Origin: a virus | Taxonomy: Duplodnaviria > Caudoviricetes | Direction: 5' to 3' (one strand) | Virus record (IMG/VR): IMGVR_UViG_3300032219_001945 | Location: 1 to 37,171 of that record | Length of the DNA stretch: 37,171 nucleotides | Shown: piece after piece, positions 1-8,198 of the stretch | Layout of the letters: every line of letters begins with the position of its first letter | How positions within the stretch are numbered: the stretch's first letter is position 1 | Translations under genes and position numbers: made by a program | The notes under the pieces: model-generated | What the model saw: only the letters and a program-made list of their open reading frames with translations | Told to the model about the DNA's origin: nothing | The model's database searches: none

Positions 1-123
1 CTGGAGCTGTGACCGAAGTAGCGGCGTTAGTAGCGATAGAGCCGCATCGTACTCTTCAACGTCTAACGACGGATTGTCAGCGGCAACAGCTGGAACGAAC
101 GGACGCGACGGGCAACCCGGTGA
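1..123. repeat. Terminal direct repeat, left copy (circular assembly overlap)
   Basis: 1-123 (ctggagctgtgaccg...gggcaacccggtga) is identical to 37049-37171 and lies inside the terminase coding sequence. Confidence 0.97.
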
Positions 124-699
124 TACAAACCGCTCCTTGACCCACACATGGCCCTTACCTCCGGGGTTGGACGCCGCCCGAACCCTTAGCGGTATATGCC
201 CCTGCTGTTTTGTCCTTCGACAACGTGAGAGAAGGTACGTGTACTGTGCCTCGCTGAACTGCGTCAGCTCGTCGAATCCGATGAACTGAAGCTCAGCCCC
301 CTGAAACTGGTAAACGTCGTCTTCGGCGTCAAGGTGTCCGAACGTCAATGTCGCCCCACTCGGAAACGTGAACTTCTTGTGTTCCGCGCTCCAGTGGATA
401 CCCTGCGGGATAAACCAAGATTTGGCCCGGTCCATGATCGCGCCCGGTTGCGCTAAGTCCTTGAAGGTCTTGCGCAGGATAAGAGCCGCATACCCCGGCT
501 CGTGGACGTACTCTAACGCACTCATCAGAATGGCGTCCGATTTGCCGGGACCAGCCGCGCCACCGAACAAAGCCTCGAAAGATTGAAGGCTTAGAAACTC
601 TTGCTGTTTAGGCCAAGGCTTATGAGGCGAGTATTCAATCCCCTTCTTCGGGATCGACAATAGCAACCGATCCAGCTCGTCTAGCTCTTGCGGTGTCAA
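1..699 (-). CDS. terL: Terminase large subunit, N-terminal ATPase half (continues across the junction into 37048..36380)
   Basis: Not in the ORF track. Manual translation from TTG at 699 gives PWPKQQEFL...FGGAAGPGKS (Walker A)...ALILRKT...FQGAELQFIGFDELTQF (Walker B)...RAASNPGGKGH, open to position 1 and in frame with the 36380..37000 ORF. The start codon is uncertain. Confidence 0.93.
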   Translation of the reverse strand, partial: MTPQELDELDRLLLSIPKKGIEYSPHKPWPKQQEFLSLQSFEALFGGAAGPGKSDAILMSALEYVHEPGYAALILRKTFKDLAQPGAIMDRAKSWFIPQGIHWSAEHKKFTFPSGATLTFGHLDAEDDVYQFQGAELQFIGFDELTQFSEAQYTYLLSRCRRTKQQGHIPLRVRAASNPGGKGHVWVKERFVSPGCPSRPFVPAVAADNPSLDVEEYDAALSLLTPLLRSQLQ

Positions 700-973
700 G
701 AAGCTCCATAGCTCGCCTATCTCGCTCTTCGGGGCTGAGTGCGCTAATGTCATCTAGTTCGACTTTGTTGACTATCGGCCCGTCGAGTCTATCTAGGACC
801 TGTTTAATCGCGGCTGGGTTGCCTTCCTTGAAGTGATCCCAAACAATCTTAGCGGCAACATCTGCCGAGTAATTCGGGTCGGTATCCATGAGCCTCTTCA
901 AGGCTCCAATTACGCTAACCGCTCCCTTTGGCCTGCCGCCGGGGTTACCACTTACACCAGGTACGAAGGGCAT
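635..973 (-). CDS. terS: Terminase small subunit (DUF5681-like N-terminus)
   Basis: Begins MPFVPGVSGNPGGRPKG (GxSGNPxGRPK motif), overlaps the terL start; ATG at 973 preferred over 1000. Confidence 0.8.
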   Translation of the reverse strand: MPFVPGVSGNPGGRPKGAVSVIGALKRLMDTDPNYSADVAAKIVWDHFKEGNPAAIKQVLDRLDGPIVNKVELDDISALSPEERDRRAMELLDTARARRAGSVAIVDPEEGD

Positions 974-1047
974 TGTAAAATCATTGTTCCTGAGGCGCAA
1001 TTTGCCCGGGTCGCTAATAAGAGTATACGCTAGAAAAGATCAAAAGG

Positions 1048-1386
1048 TCACAACCATTTGTATTTTTCTATTTCGGTCTCAATTGTCACCTGCGCCATTG
1101 AATACGCCCACGCGTCCAAAACTGCGTCCCCATTGTAAATATGCCCCAGAATCAGCTTACGGATGCGCTCTGGCTCACCAAATCCATCGAGCGCGTCCTG
1201 CACGATTCGGTGGGCCACCGTTTGGAAATCGTCAGTGCCAAAATCGTCGCCGCTGAATCCTGATTCCGTTGGGCAGATGTTTCGGCTGGTTTTGATCCCT
1301 TTTTCGAATTCCACCCAAGCGAAGGCACAAGCGAACCAGCCGGGTTTATGGAGCGTCAACCGAACCTTTTCAGCAGCAATAGGCAT
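1048..1386 (-). CDS. Hypothetical protein (112 aa), likely leaderless mRNA
   Basis: ATG lies 6 nt after a TAAAAT -10 box; the ORF fills the space upstream of terS. Confidence 0.65.
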   Translation of the reverse strand: MPIAAEKVRLTLHKPGWFACAFAWVEFEKGIKTSRNICPTESGFSGDDFGTDDFQTVAHRIVQDALDGFGEPERIRKLILGHIYNGDAVLDAWAYSMAQVTIETEIEKYKWL

Positions 1387-1392
1387 GGCGGG

Positions 1393-1421
1393 ATTTTATC
1401 ACAACCCAAGACCAACGCCAA
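1393..1421 (-). promoter_or_regulatory. Sigma70-type promoter TTGGCG-N17-TAAAAT with extended -10
   Basis: Minus strand reads ttggcg ttggtcttgggttgtga taaaat cccgcc ATG. Confidence 0.6.
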
Positions 1422-1446
1422 ACCCCAGCACAATTACTAGGTTTTA

Positions 1447-1495
1447 CATACATTGGTATCAAACCATACCACTTCATACCAAAACGTGATATAGT
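1447..1495 (+). promoter_or_regulatory. Early promoter (TG-A-TATAGT) with ATACCA/TGGTAT operator-like repeats
   Basis: Extended -10 at 1487-1495; TGGTAT at 1454-1459, ATACCA at 1466-1471 and 1476-1481; AT-rich divergent intergenic region. Confidence 0.5.
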
Positions 1496-1533
1496 ATTCA
1501 CGTCGCTGAGAAAAGCGACCAGGACAAAACCAA

Positions 1534-1755
1534 ATGGCTAACACTTTCAAAGTTCAACGAGGCTACGACATCAGTCAAGTCCCCTCGCGATTCTTCAACG
1601 TTGCGCTCAAAGCTGTGAGTTGCGCCCCGGCGCTTGCTGAAAAAGACGGACATGCCGCGATCGTTCAAAGCAATTCCAAAGATGAGTTGGTGCTTGCCAT
1701 TTGGGAAGCCGGCTCATCTCAAGACGGCGAAGCCGACTTGTACTTCAATATCTAA
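1534..1755 (+). CDS. Hypothetical early protein (73 aa)
   Basis: First ORF after the promoter, preceded by AGGA. Confidence 0.65.
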   Translation: MANTFKVQRGYDISQVPSRFFNVALKAVSCAPALAEKDGHAAIVQSNSKDELVLAIWEAGSSQDGEADLYFNI

Positions 1756-1804
1756 CCTCCACTCCCACCCACCCGCCGGGTTAAAGGCGGGAAGACCAAC
1801 TGAC

Positions 1805-2077
1805 ATGCAAAATCATCCAATGATCATCACCCTTCGCAACGGCGACAACTTCTACGCTTCCCGCACCGTTCAGGTGTCTCCAGACGGTGCCCGTGCCATC
1901 GTTGACGAGTTTGGCAACGTTCTTCGCTACTGCCATTCTTCGGAACCGTTCGTAGGCATTCGCAACGCGGCTGACACCGAGTGGATTGAATCCGAAGTGT
2001 TGACCGTTGCTGACTTTTCTGCCGCACTTGCAAAGATGACCGGCGGTTTGCTTGAGCTTGTGAAGGTGGCGGCATGA
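1805..2077 (+). CDS. Hypothetical early protein (90 aa)
   Basis: ATG at 1805 (MQNHPMII...) follows a hairpin; the stop overlaps the next ATG. Confidence 0.65.
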   Translation: MQNHPMIITLRNGDNFYASRTVQVSPDGARAIVDEFGNVLRYCHSSEPFVGIRNAADTEWIESEVLTVADFSAALAKMTGGLLELVKVAA

Positions 2078-2370
2078 ACTACAACAACATGACCCCAGAA
2101 GACATCTTGGAATGCATTGACTCTGAAAAAAACAGTGTCGCTTGCGCCAAGCAAAACAAGATTATCGCCGAGCAGTTTTATCTGCAAAGCATTGACCGAT
2201 TAGCTGAAGCCGAGTCAGCCTACGCAATGGCTTGGGCAGAAAATTGTTTTGATGCGATTGAGGCAACCAGCAATGCCGCTGAAGCATTTGACGCTTCACC
2301 TGAAGGCGAGCTTTATTTTAAGATCACTGGATGCACGATGACTGCCAATCTTGGAGCGCAAACCCTATGA
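2074..2370 (+). CDS. Hypothetical early protein (98 aa)
   Basis: ATGA overlaps on both sides; AAGGTGG RBS. Confidence 0.65.
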   Translation: MNYNNMTPEDILECIDSEKNSVACAKQNKIIAEQFYLQSIDRLAEAESAYAMAWAENCFDAIEATSNAAEAFDASPEGELYFKITGCTMTANLGAQTL

Positions 2371-2621
2371 AACCAATCACCGCGCAACGCGTAGCATCCA
2401 TTCTTCGCCGATCAGGATTTACCGCCGCTGAGTATTACTGGCAACCCAACAGTGTCAAGACCACGAAGTACGGCGTTTTTACTATCGCTGTCCGGTGCGT
2501 TACCGGTGTAAACAGCCCTCCGATGGCACCGCGCGTTCAGCAAGCCTTATCCGCCGCTGGCATTGAGTCACGAATTGACGACTATTCGCAAGTCATCGTA
2601 AACACCGGAGCAACCCTATGA
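2367..2621 (+). CDS. Hypothetical early protein (84 aa)
   Basis: GGAG RBS, ATG at 2367 (MKPITAQ...), ATGA coupling. Confidence 0.65.
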   Translation: MKPITAQRVASILRRSGFTAAEYYWQPNSVKTTKYGVFTIAVRCVTGVNSPPMAPRVQQALSAAGIESRIDDYSQVIVNTGATL

Positions 2622-2806
2622 AACCCACATCCCCCGTCTACACAATCTCAATCCGACTTCCGCAAACCCTGCGGGAGTCCATACCCGCAGAATGCACAGT
2701 AAACAAATTCATCGTGCAAGCCGTCCGCGAGAAACTTGCCCGCACCCAACGCCCCAACGTTGCCGAGCTTGCCGACGAAGGGTTGGCAATGGCAGGTGAC
2801 CAGTAA
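2618..2806 (+). CDS. Ribbon-helix-helix (Arc/CopG-like) DNA-binding protein
   Basis: TISIRLPQTLRESI...TVNKFIVQAVREKL matches the RHH beta-alpha-alpha pattern. Confidence 0.65.
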   Translation: MKPTSPVYTISIRLPQTLRESIPAECTVNKFIVQAVREKLARTQRPNVAELADEGLAMAGDQ

Positions 2807-2855
2807 TGACATTCACCGACTGGGAGGAAGTCAAAGACTAACCCCACCCCTCCCC

Positions 2856-2909
2856 AAAACAACCCCGCATTGCCGTCTCCTTGGCGATTCTGCGGGGCTT
2901 TGTTGTTTC
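2856..2909. terminator. Probable bidirectional intrinsic terminator
   Basis: Stem ccccgca...tgcgggg with inner attgcc/ggcgat, flanked by aaaacaa and tttgttgtttc, between convergent units. Confidence 0.65.
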
Positions 2910-3143
2910 TGGCACTGTGGAGACGGGGTAGAGACTGAAACGCTCAGGAATAACCAGCACTGGGAACGGGTTTAGATCTAGTTTTGGCCCATTTCGGAAT
3001 ATTTAGGGCCTTTAGGCAGAGCTACCCCCTTTCCCCCTTCGGGTACTTCTTTATCATAGCACAATGGCGTTTCTGTTTTAGCTATAGCTTTTATTGCGGT
3101 TTCGATGATCGGTTTACGTAGTTAGGGATTTTTGCATATCCTC

Positions 3144-3275
3144 TCGTGCGTAGGGATTTTTACAAGCACTCCTACGCACGGTGATTAGGTTCAAAATGGT
3201 CCGATTTATGAGCGTTTTTTATCGTGCGTAGGGATTTCTCAGGGTACTAAGGGGAACACCTACGCACGGTGATTA
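3144..3275. repeat. Doubled inverted-repeat array (candidate replication origin)
   Basis: tcgtgcgtagggattt at 3144-3159 and 3222-3237; cctacgcacggtgatta at 3171-3187 and 3259-3275; the cores CGTGCGTAGG and CCTACGCACG are exact reverse complements. Confidence 0.8.
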
Positions 3276-5189
3276 TTCGTCGGTTGTCGGATCGTATGGA
3301 ATGTCTTCTTTGCCCTCGAAAAACCAGTAATATTCCCCGTCCGCAAATCCCTTCCGTTTCGCCTTGATGCCGAGGGATTTTTTCACGTCGTACAACGCGT
3401 CTTTGTTGGTGAACCCCATCGCATCCCACTCGGTAAACAGCGTGGCACTCGGGATGGCCCCTTCTGCCAAAGCCGAACGCAGGAACCTTTCTGCCGTGAC
3501 GGGCACCGGCTCCGACTTCTTGGCCATGCGCGCTACCTTCTTTGGTTCCGTGATCCAATGGAGTAGATACTCGCGGGGAACATCTTCAACCGCTTTCAAT
3601 TCGTAGGCAAACTGGTCGCCTAGCGGCCCAACGTTGTTTTTGATATGCCGTACTATTTTCTCTTTCGGGTTGTCCGGGTTGGGGCGAATTGCGAGAGCCG
3701 ACCGATATCCGCCGATTATTTCAATGCCGCCGTATCCCGCGTCAATATCGCTAGACTCTTTGGAGTTCTTTTTTAAGTGGCGAACGCAAAGGATGCAGCA
3801 CTCATGAGTTTGAGCGAGTTGCTTTAGCTTTGCCATCACCTCGCGTTGTGTGATCTTCCGAGCAAGTACAGCCGGGTCAAGCAAAGATTGTAGCGGGTCA
3901 ATGATTACCAGCTTTGGCGCGGCCTCGTAAATCAGGGAATCCAAGAATTGCAATCCCTCGTGGTCAAGCGAGAAAGGTTCGTCGTAAACATAAACCCGGT
4001 CGCAATCGGCCCCGAAACGTTCTAGGCGCGGCTTGATTGTGTGAGTCGAGCTATCTTCAATCGCAATCATCAAAGTATCGCCAATCGGGAACGGATCTTC
4101 GCACCACGGCAACGACGCGCCCAAACTTAACGCGGTGGCTATAGCCGTCGTAATCATGCCCTTACCGATGCCCGGTTCGCCTTCAATGCCGCAGACCATG
4201 CCGAGCGGGAAGTAAGGGTATGCAAGCCATTCAGCCTCTTCGGAAACAATCGTGCTAGCCCGTACTAATTTCGACGCGGGCATAAGATCGGGACGCGCCA
4301 CAAAATCTGCCACGCCGTACCCAGCTTCAAAATGGTCAAAGGCATCGTCTTTATCGCCGGTCGTTTTGCTTGTCACGATCCGCGCCCGCAGTCGAGCATC
4401 CTTTAGTTTCTGGCATACCGCCGATGCGTACCGCTGGCCTACGCGGTTTTCGTGGTCCTTATCACTTGCCGGGTCAAGATCGGCAACAATCACAACCTCT
4501 TTGGCCCCCGCAAGCATTGCGGTATGCAGGTCTAACCACTTCGCCCCGTAAGGATCGGCCCCGGCCCGCTGGCACGTCGCCGCTAATCCCTCGCGGGTCA
4601 TTCGATTACAAGCCTTTTCGCCCTCGTTGATGTAAATGGTTTCTCCGGCGGCAATAGCTTGAATGACGCGGGGGTAGTTGTAAAGAACGTCCGCCTTTCC
4701 GTTCAGGTGTTCCAGCGTCCATACCCAACGATCATTTTCCTCGTCAATGTCAAGGCACCGAAAATCTTTTGGGTTGTCCGGGTTTAACAGCCGGACCTTA
4801 GAGAACGCATACAAGCCGGTCGCGGTTGTGTAATCGTCGCGTTGCGCCAGCTTGTCGGGACGGTACTTAGTCCATTTGGGTTGCGGCAATGGCAAACCAG
4901 AAGTAACCGTCACGGCTTCGATTCTACGCCTTGTTTCGGGCGTTGCCCTATTCTCGTGCCTCCGGTCCTCTTGAGTGAGGCTAAGAGCCGTCAGGATGCT
5001 TTCTTCCGGGCATTTCAAAAGACATGAAAGGTGCGCCCAGCCGTCTGCTTTGTCTTCAATGTGCAGGTGCCCGCCAGATCCCTTGCTTTTCGGCCCGTTC
5101 GGTTGGCAACACGGGCAACAGGTGACCAGTGCGCTGCCCTTGATGATGGTTTTGCCGGGGCATAGGCCAGCGATTTCAGCCGCTCTCAA
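3273..5189 (-). CDS. Primase-helicase: Zn-binding, TOPRIM and RepA/AAA_25-type SF4-like helicase domains
   Basis: N-terminal CCPCC...CLLKC; TOPRIM IYINEGEKA...VIVADLD...KDDAFDH; Walker A GEPGIGKG; AIEDS; Walker B LVIIDP; CVRHLKK; KNNVGP. Confidence 0.9.
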   Translation of the reverse strand: MRAAEIAGLCPGKTIIKGSALVTCCPCCQPNGPKSKGSGGHLHIEDKADGWAHLSCLLKCPEESILTALSLTQEDRRHENRATPETRRRIEAVTVTSGLPLPQPKWTKYRPDKLAQRDDYTTATGLYAFSKVRLLNPDNPKDFRCLDIDEENDRWVWTLEHLNGKADVLYNYPRVIQAIAAGETIYINEGEKACNRMTREGLAATCQRAGADPYGAKWLDLHTAMLAGAKEVVIVADLDPASDKDHENRVGQRYASAVCQKLKDARLRARIVTSKTTGDKDDAFDHFEAGYGVADFVARPDLMPASKLVRASTIVSEEAEWLAYPYFPLGMVCGIEGEPGIGKGMITTAIATALSLGASLPWCEDPFPIGDTLMIAIEDSSTHTIKPRLERFGADCDRVYVYDEPFSLDHEGLQFLDSLIYEAAPKLVIIDPLQSLLDPAVLARKITQREVMAKLKQLAQTHECCILCVRHLKKNSKESSDIDAGYGGIEIIGGYRSALAIRPNPDNPKEKIVRHIKNNVGPLGDQFAYELKAVEDVPREYLLHWITEPKKVARMAKKSEPVPVTAERFLRSALAEGAIPSATLFTEWDAMGFTNKDALYDVKKSLGIKAKRKGFADGEYYWFFEGKEDIPYDPTTDE

Positions 5190-5438
5190 TTCAGTTCAAG
5201 CCCCTTAGCCAAGAGGCGACGAACCGACAGATGCAATAGCTAAGGCCAGTTTGACCGCGCCATACATAGTGACATTGACGACGATAAAAAGCGAAGCCAA
5301 TGCGGCCCGCGATGCTTTGAAATTTGGTCATTATTCTTCATTCTTTAGCTTAGTGGGAGTGCGGGTCGAAGTAGGTGGAAGAATCACCTTCCCGCGACCC
5401 CCGCTAAACATGGCTGACTTCGATCAACCGATTCTAGT

Positions 5439-5612
5439 TTACCTTTCGGCTACGTTCTCCCTCGCCTTCCTTATCTCTTCCGCGTACTTAATCAAGTCTT
5501 TGTGGCCTCGCCATACTTCCACCTTGCCCGTGTCGATTCTCACCGAGCCAAACTGCTTACTAAGCGTCCAGCCGATGGACGTTAGGTATTGCCAAGCCTC
5601 GGGGTAAGTCAT
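5439..5612 (-). CDS. Hypothetical protein (57 aa)
   Basis: GAGGAG RBS before ATG at 5612 (MTYPEAW...). Confidence 0.55.
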   Translation of the reverse strand: MTYPEAWQYLTSIGWTLSKQFGSVRIDTGKVEVWRGHKDLIKYAEEIRKARENVAER

Positions 5613-5782
5613 TTGCTGTACTCCTCGTTGATGTGACGAATGGCCCAAATGTCGAGATTGCCAGTGGCAAAATAACGCGCCCGGTCGTCAAGATCGGCTA
5701 GGGCTAACTTGTTGGCTGGTTTTTCAATCGGTGCCCCTTTTTCTTGCTTTGGGCATTCTTCGGGTTTACTTTTGTTGCTCAT
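5609..5782 (-). CDS. Hypothetical protein (57 aa)
   Basis: Manually read MSNKSKPEEC...EEYSK*, coupled to both neighbours, GAGGAG upstream. Confidence 0.5.
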   Translation of the reverse strand: MSNKSKPEECPKQEKGAPIEKPANKLALADLDDRARYFATGNLDIWAIRHINEEYSK

Positions 5783-6288
5783 AAACACTCCTCGGCATTC
5801 GGGCCAACCCGCTTAATTGCTCGGAATATGCGAGACGTCAGAGTGTTGCGGGGTATGTTTTCCAACCGCGCCAAGTCCTCATAAGACCATCCTTCAACGT
5901 AGTGCATTCGCAGCCACCTGCGAACCGGATCGTCAAACAGATTGAGCAATGACTCTGTAATGTCCGGTTCACTTGGGGAGTCGCCGTGATCTTTGATGAA
6001 TGGCAACAGTTGGACTCGCCTTCCTTTAAATTTAAGGATATCAATGCAGTGATTGACGGTCATCTGCCCGATGTATGAACTAGGGCGGCAACGCCCGTCA
6101 AATCGCTCTGCATCGCCCTTAGCAAGCTTTAGGTAAATGTCGCCTACTATGTCCTCAACATCCTCTTTGCTGGTGAAATACCGCCGCGCAATAGTCGTCA
6201 CCATTCCCGCATAGGCAAGCGTCCCGTCACTATCTACAATCCTTAGCATGTGCTTGTGGGGCATCTCTAAAAGGTCGGCTTGCTTCAC
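5779..6288 (-). CDS. Phage-encoded ECF-type sigma-70 factor
   Basis: Region 2-like ARRYF...DVEDIVGDIYLKL...SYIGQMTVNHCIDILK and region 4-like MHYVEGWSYEDLARLENIPRNTLTSRIFRA. Confidence 0.85.
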   Translation of the reverse strand: MKQADLLEMPHKHMLRIVDSDGTLAYAGMVTTIARRYFTSKEDVEDIVGDIYLKLAKGDAERFDGRCRPSSYIGQMTVNHCIDILKFKGRRVQLLPFIKDHGDSPSEPDITESLLNLFDDPVRRWLRMHYVEGWSYEDLARLENIPRNTLTSRIFRAIKRVGPNAEECL

Positions 6289-6464
6289 TCCTCCCCATCC
6301 TCCCAGCCGAGATGTTCCGCGAGCTTGATAACGTCCGCCGACAGCGCATGTTTTGCAAGCTCTTCCGGCTTCTTGAGGTACCAGCGGGCATGTTTCTTTT
6401 CGGCTCCGTAGCCTTCCTGCGAGTTAAGGAACGCCGCCGCTCGATCTGCTTTGGAGGGGGTCAC
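6285..6464 (-). CDS. Hypothetical protein (59 aa)
   Basis: GTG start overlapping the resolvase stop, GGAGG RBS. Confidence 0.5.
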   Translation of the reverse strand: MTPSKADRAAAFLNSQEGYGAEKKHARWYLKKPEELAKHALSADVIKLAEHLGWEDGEE

Positions 6465-6913
6465 CCGTGCCTCCTGCCCCATTCGGCGATCAGTAGCGCG
6501 TCTACAATCCCGTCGTGCGGAACCTTGCACCTCGGCAAAATCAGTTCCGCGTTAGGAAAGAGTTGTTTCACCTTTGCCAGCGCGAAGCCTTTGTCGCCGC
6601 CCGTCTTGCCTAAGATCCTGCTAACCCACGTTTGAGGACTAACCTCGCGGTACGGCAGTCGCATCAATTCGATGGTCGCGAGGATGCGGCCGTAATTCAT
6701 GCCGGTCGTAAGACCGCCACCTTGACGGGCTAGTAGCATCGGCTTCTCAATGAATATCCGACAGTCTCCGTCAACGGTTAGCAAGTCCTTAAGCCGGTGG
6801 ACATCAAGACTTTTTCTCCCATCGTAAGGAAGGCAATCGGTGAACGTGGTGCCACCCGGCTCAATCATGGCAACGGCACCCTTAGAACCCGGATCAATTC
6901 CGATGATCGTCAC
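6461..6913 (-). CDS. ruvC: RuvC-like Holliday junction resolvase
   Basis: GTG at 6913 gives TIIGIDPGSKGAVA...IFIEKP...NYG...VSPQTW...HDGIVDALLIAEWG, containing the RuvC acidic catalytic residues. Confidence 0.85.
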   Translation of the reverse strand: MTIIGIDPGSKGAVAMIEPGGTTFTDCLPYDGRKSLDVHRLKDLLTVDGDCRIFIEKPMLLARQGGGLTTGMNYGRILATIELMRLPYREVSPQTWVSRILGKTGGDKGFALAKVKQLFPNAELILPRCKVPHDGIVDALLIAEWGRRHG

Positions 6914-7086
6914 TTCAAAGCCTCGCGACCCGCCGCCGTAATTCGGTATCGCCAGCAACCAACATGCTCGACCAGCCCGAGCTTTTGGAGGCATACAACG
7001 ACTGGAGCGTCGGTGCCACCCATCGAAATCTCGCCGTTGATCGGCATGGATGCCAGCAGGTTTCTTTGCGCGGTGGTGAGGTTCAT
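6910..7086 (-). CDS. Small hypothetical protein, possible winged helix
   Basis: MNLTTAQRNLL...LQKLGLVE...YRITAAGREAL resembles a wHTH C-terminus. Confidence 0.55.
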   Translation of the reverse strand: MNLTTAQRNLLASMPINGEISMGGTDAPVVVCLQKLGLVEHVGCWRYRITAAGREALK

Positions 7087-7199
7087 TTCCACCCCGCTCG
7101 TTCATCAATCGCCTCAATGACGGCAATCGCGAGGACGATGAACAGCAGCGCGGAAAGCAGGACGCCAACCGCGATGATAAGGGCATCTATTGGGTTCAC
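7083..7199 (-). CDS. Small single-TM membrane protein (38 aa)
   Basis: Manually read MNPIDALIIAVGVLLSALLFIVLAIAVIEAIDERAGWK*, coupled on both sides. Confidence 0.55.
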   Translation of the reverse strand: MNPIDALIIAVGVLLSALLFIVLAIAVIEAIDERAGWK

Positions 7200-7570
7200 T
7201 CGGATGCCTCCGCTTTGATGGCTTCCTCAATTTGAATATCAATCGCCCGCAATCGAGCCGCCGCCCATTCAGCAACTTCCCAACGCGCCGCTTTTAGTGC
7301 TTGCACCTTTGATTCGTGCATAACGATTGATCCCTGCGACCCTCCGCGTTGCCAAGTTTTTTCTGGAAAATTGCCCGTTCCGTGGCAGTAAGTGCTGGAC
7401 CACGAATAATCAATCCAAACGCGCCCATCATGAGTACGCATGTTCCACCCTTGCGCGCAAAGTTCACCGAGTTTGCAAACCACGGTTGGCAACGGCTTTT
7501 CATAAGGCGGGAAGCACAACGCCGCTTTCGTCAGCGCATCTTCTAGAGCCTTCTTTTCGGCTTTGGTCAT
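7196..7570 (-). CDS. Hypothetical protein (124 aa)
   Basis: GAGGTG RBS, ATG at 7570 (MTKAEKK...), coupled. Confidence 0.6.
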   Translation of the reverse strand: MTKAEKKALEDALTKAALCFPPYEKPLPTVVCKLGELCAQGWNMRTHDGRVWIDYSWSSTYCHGTGNFPEKTWQRGGSQGSIVMHESKVQALKAARWEVAEWAAARLRAIDIQIEEAIKAEASE

Positions 7571-7851
7571 TCGGGCACCTCGTCGCCACCGAAGCCCTGC
7601 GCGACAAGCTGATTCCATACTAATTGATCGGCCTCGGGAAACGTGTCCTTCCAGCGACGGTTAGGAGCCACGGGGAAAAGCACATTCGCAATGCGAACCA
7701 TCGTGTTTAGCTTCCGTTTGAGGTCAATAATCTCGTCAATCAACGCATTTTCTGAGGCGTTTACGGCGATGTACTTGGCTTTATGCCATGCAGGTTCAGG
7801 GGCAAGTGCTGGTTTTGGTTGTTCTTCTGTTTTCATGTCAGTCGGTATCAT
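7567..7851 (-). CDS. Hypothetical protein (94 aa)
   Basis: Coupled ORF in the leftward operon. Confidence 0.55.
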   Translation of the reverse strand: MIPTDMKTEEQPKPALAPEPAWHKAKYIAVNASENALIDEIIDLKRKLNTMVRIANVLFPVAPNRRWKDTFPEADQLVWNQLVAQGFGGDEVPE

Positions 7852-8051
7852 TGTCGTGGGTCACCAGCCGTCTCATGTCCGGTGGCGTGGCCCTTTAATT
7901 TGCGATAGGTGTAGACCGTCGCCAAAGAAACGCCCGTCTCCATCGCGATCTGAGACGCCGGTTTATTCTCGGCAAAGCCCGCGCAAATGGCGGCAATCGT
8001 CCCCTCGCTGATAGTTGGGCGGCCCTTGGCTGGCTTAGTTATTTCGTCCAC
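7848..8051 (-). CDS. Helix-turn-helix DNA-binding protein (Hin-type with GRP arm)
   Basis: KGRPTIS...KPASQIAMETGVSLATVYTYRK; first gene left of the divergent control region. Confidence 0.75.
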   Translation of the reverse strand: MDEITKPAKGRPTISEGTIAAICAGFAENKPASQIAMETGVSLATVYTYRKLKGHATGHETAGDPRQ

Positions 8052-8071
8052 GCCTCTACATTACTATCTTT

Positions 8072-8124
8072 TTTCTAGAAATGTATACGGTTTGCTTGCA
8101 TTTTTTAGAAAAGGGGTTTATACT
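8072..8124 (+). promoter_or_regulatory. Sigma70 promoter TTGCAT-N17-TATACT with palindromic operator candidates
   Basis: -35 at 8096-8101, -10 at 8119-8124; perfect palindrome TTTCTAGAAA at 8072-8081 and a variant TTTTTAGAAA in the spacer. Confidence 0.65.
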
Positions 8125-8198
8125 GAACCCATCGCCATCAAACGGCGACGGACACAAGACATGAACACACTGACTGACCTTATCTTTGGGGTGACCGC

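Noticed and set aside
1-123. Terminal repeat as a biological direct terminal repeat or att site
   Set aside because: It lies in the middle of the terL coding sequence and is best explained as assembler overlap of a circular contig.
3144-3275. Mini CRISPR array
   Set aside because: Only two units with alternating inverted motifs, irregular spacing and no cas genes.
5190-5438. Small ORFs upstream of the primase-helicase
   Set aside because: Several short frames are possible and none could be preferred from the sequence alone.
6914-7186. N-terminal extension of the resolvase in the ORF track (likewise 8918-9061 for the annealase and 16920-17072)
   Set aside because: These overlap better-supported coupled genes, and the family motifs begin at the downstream starts.
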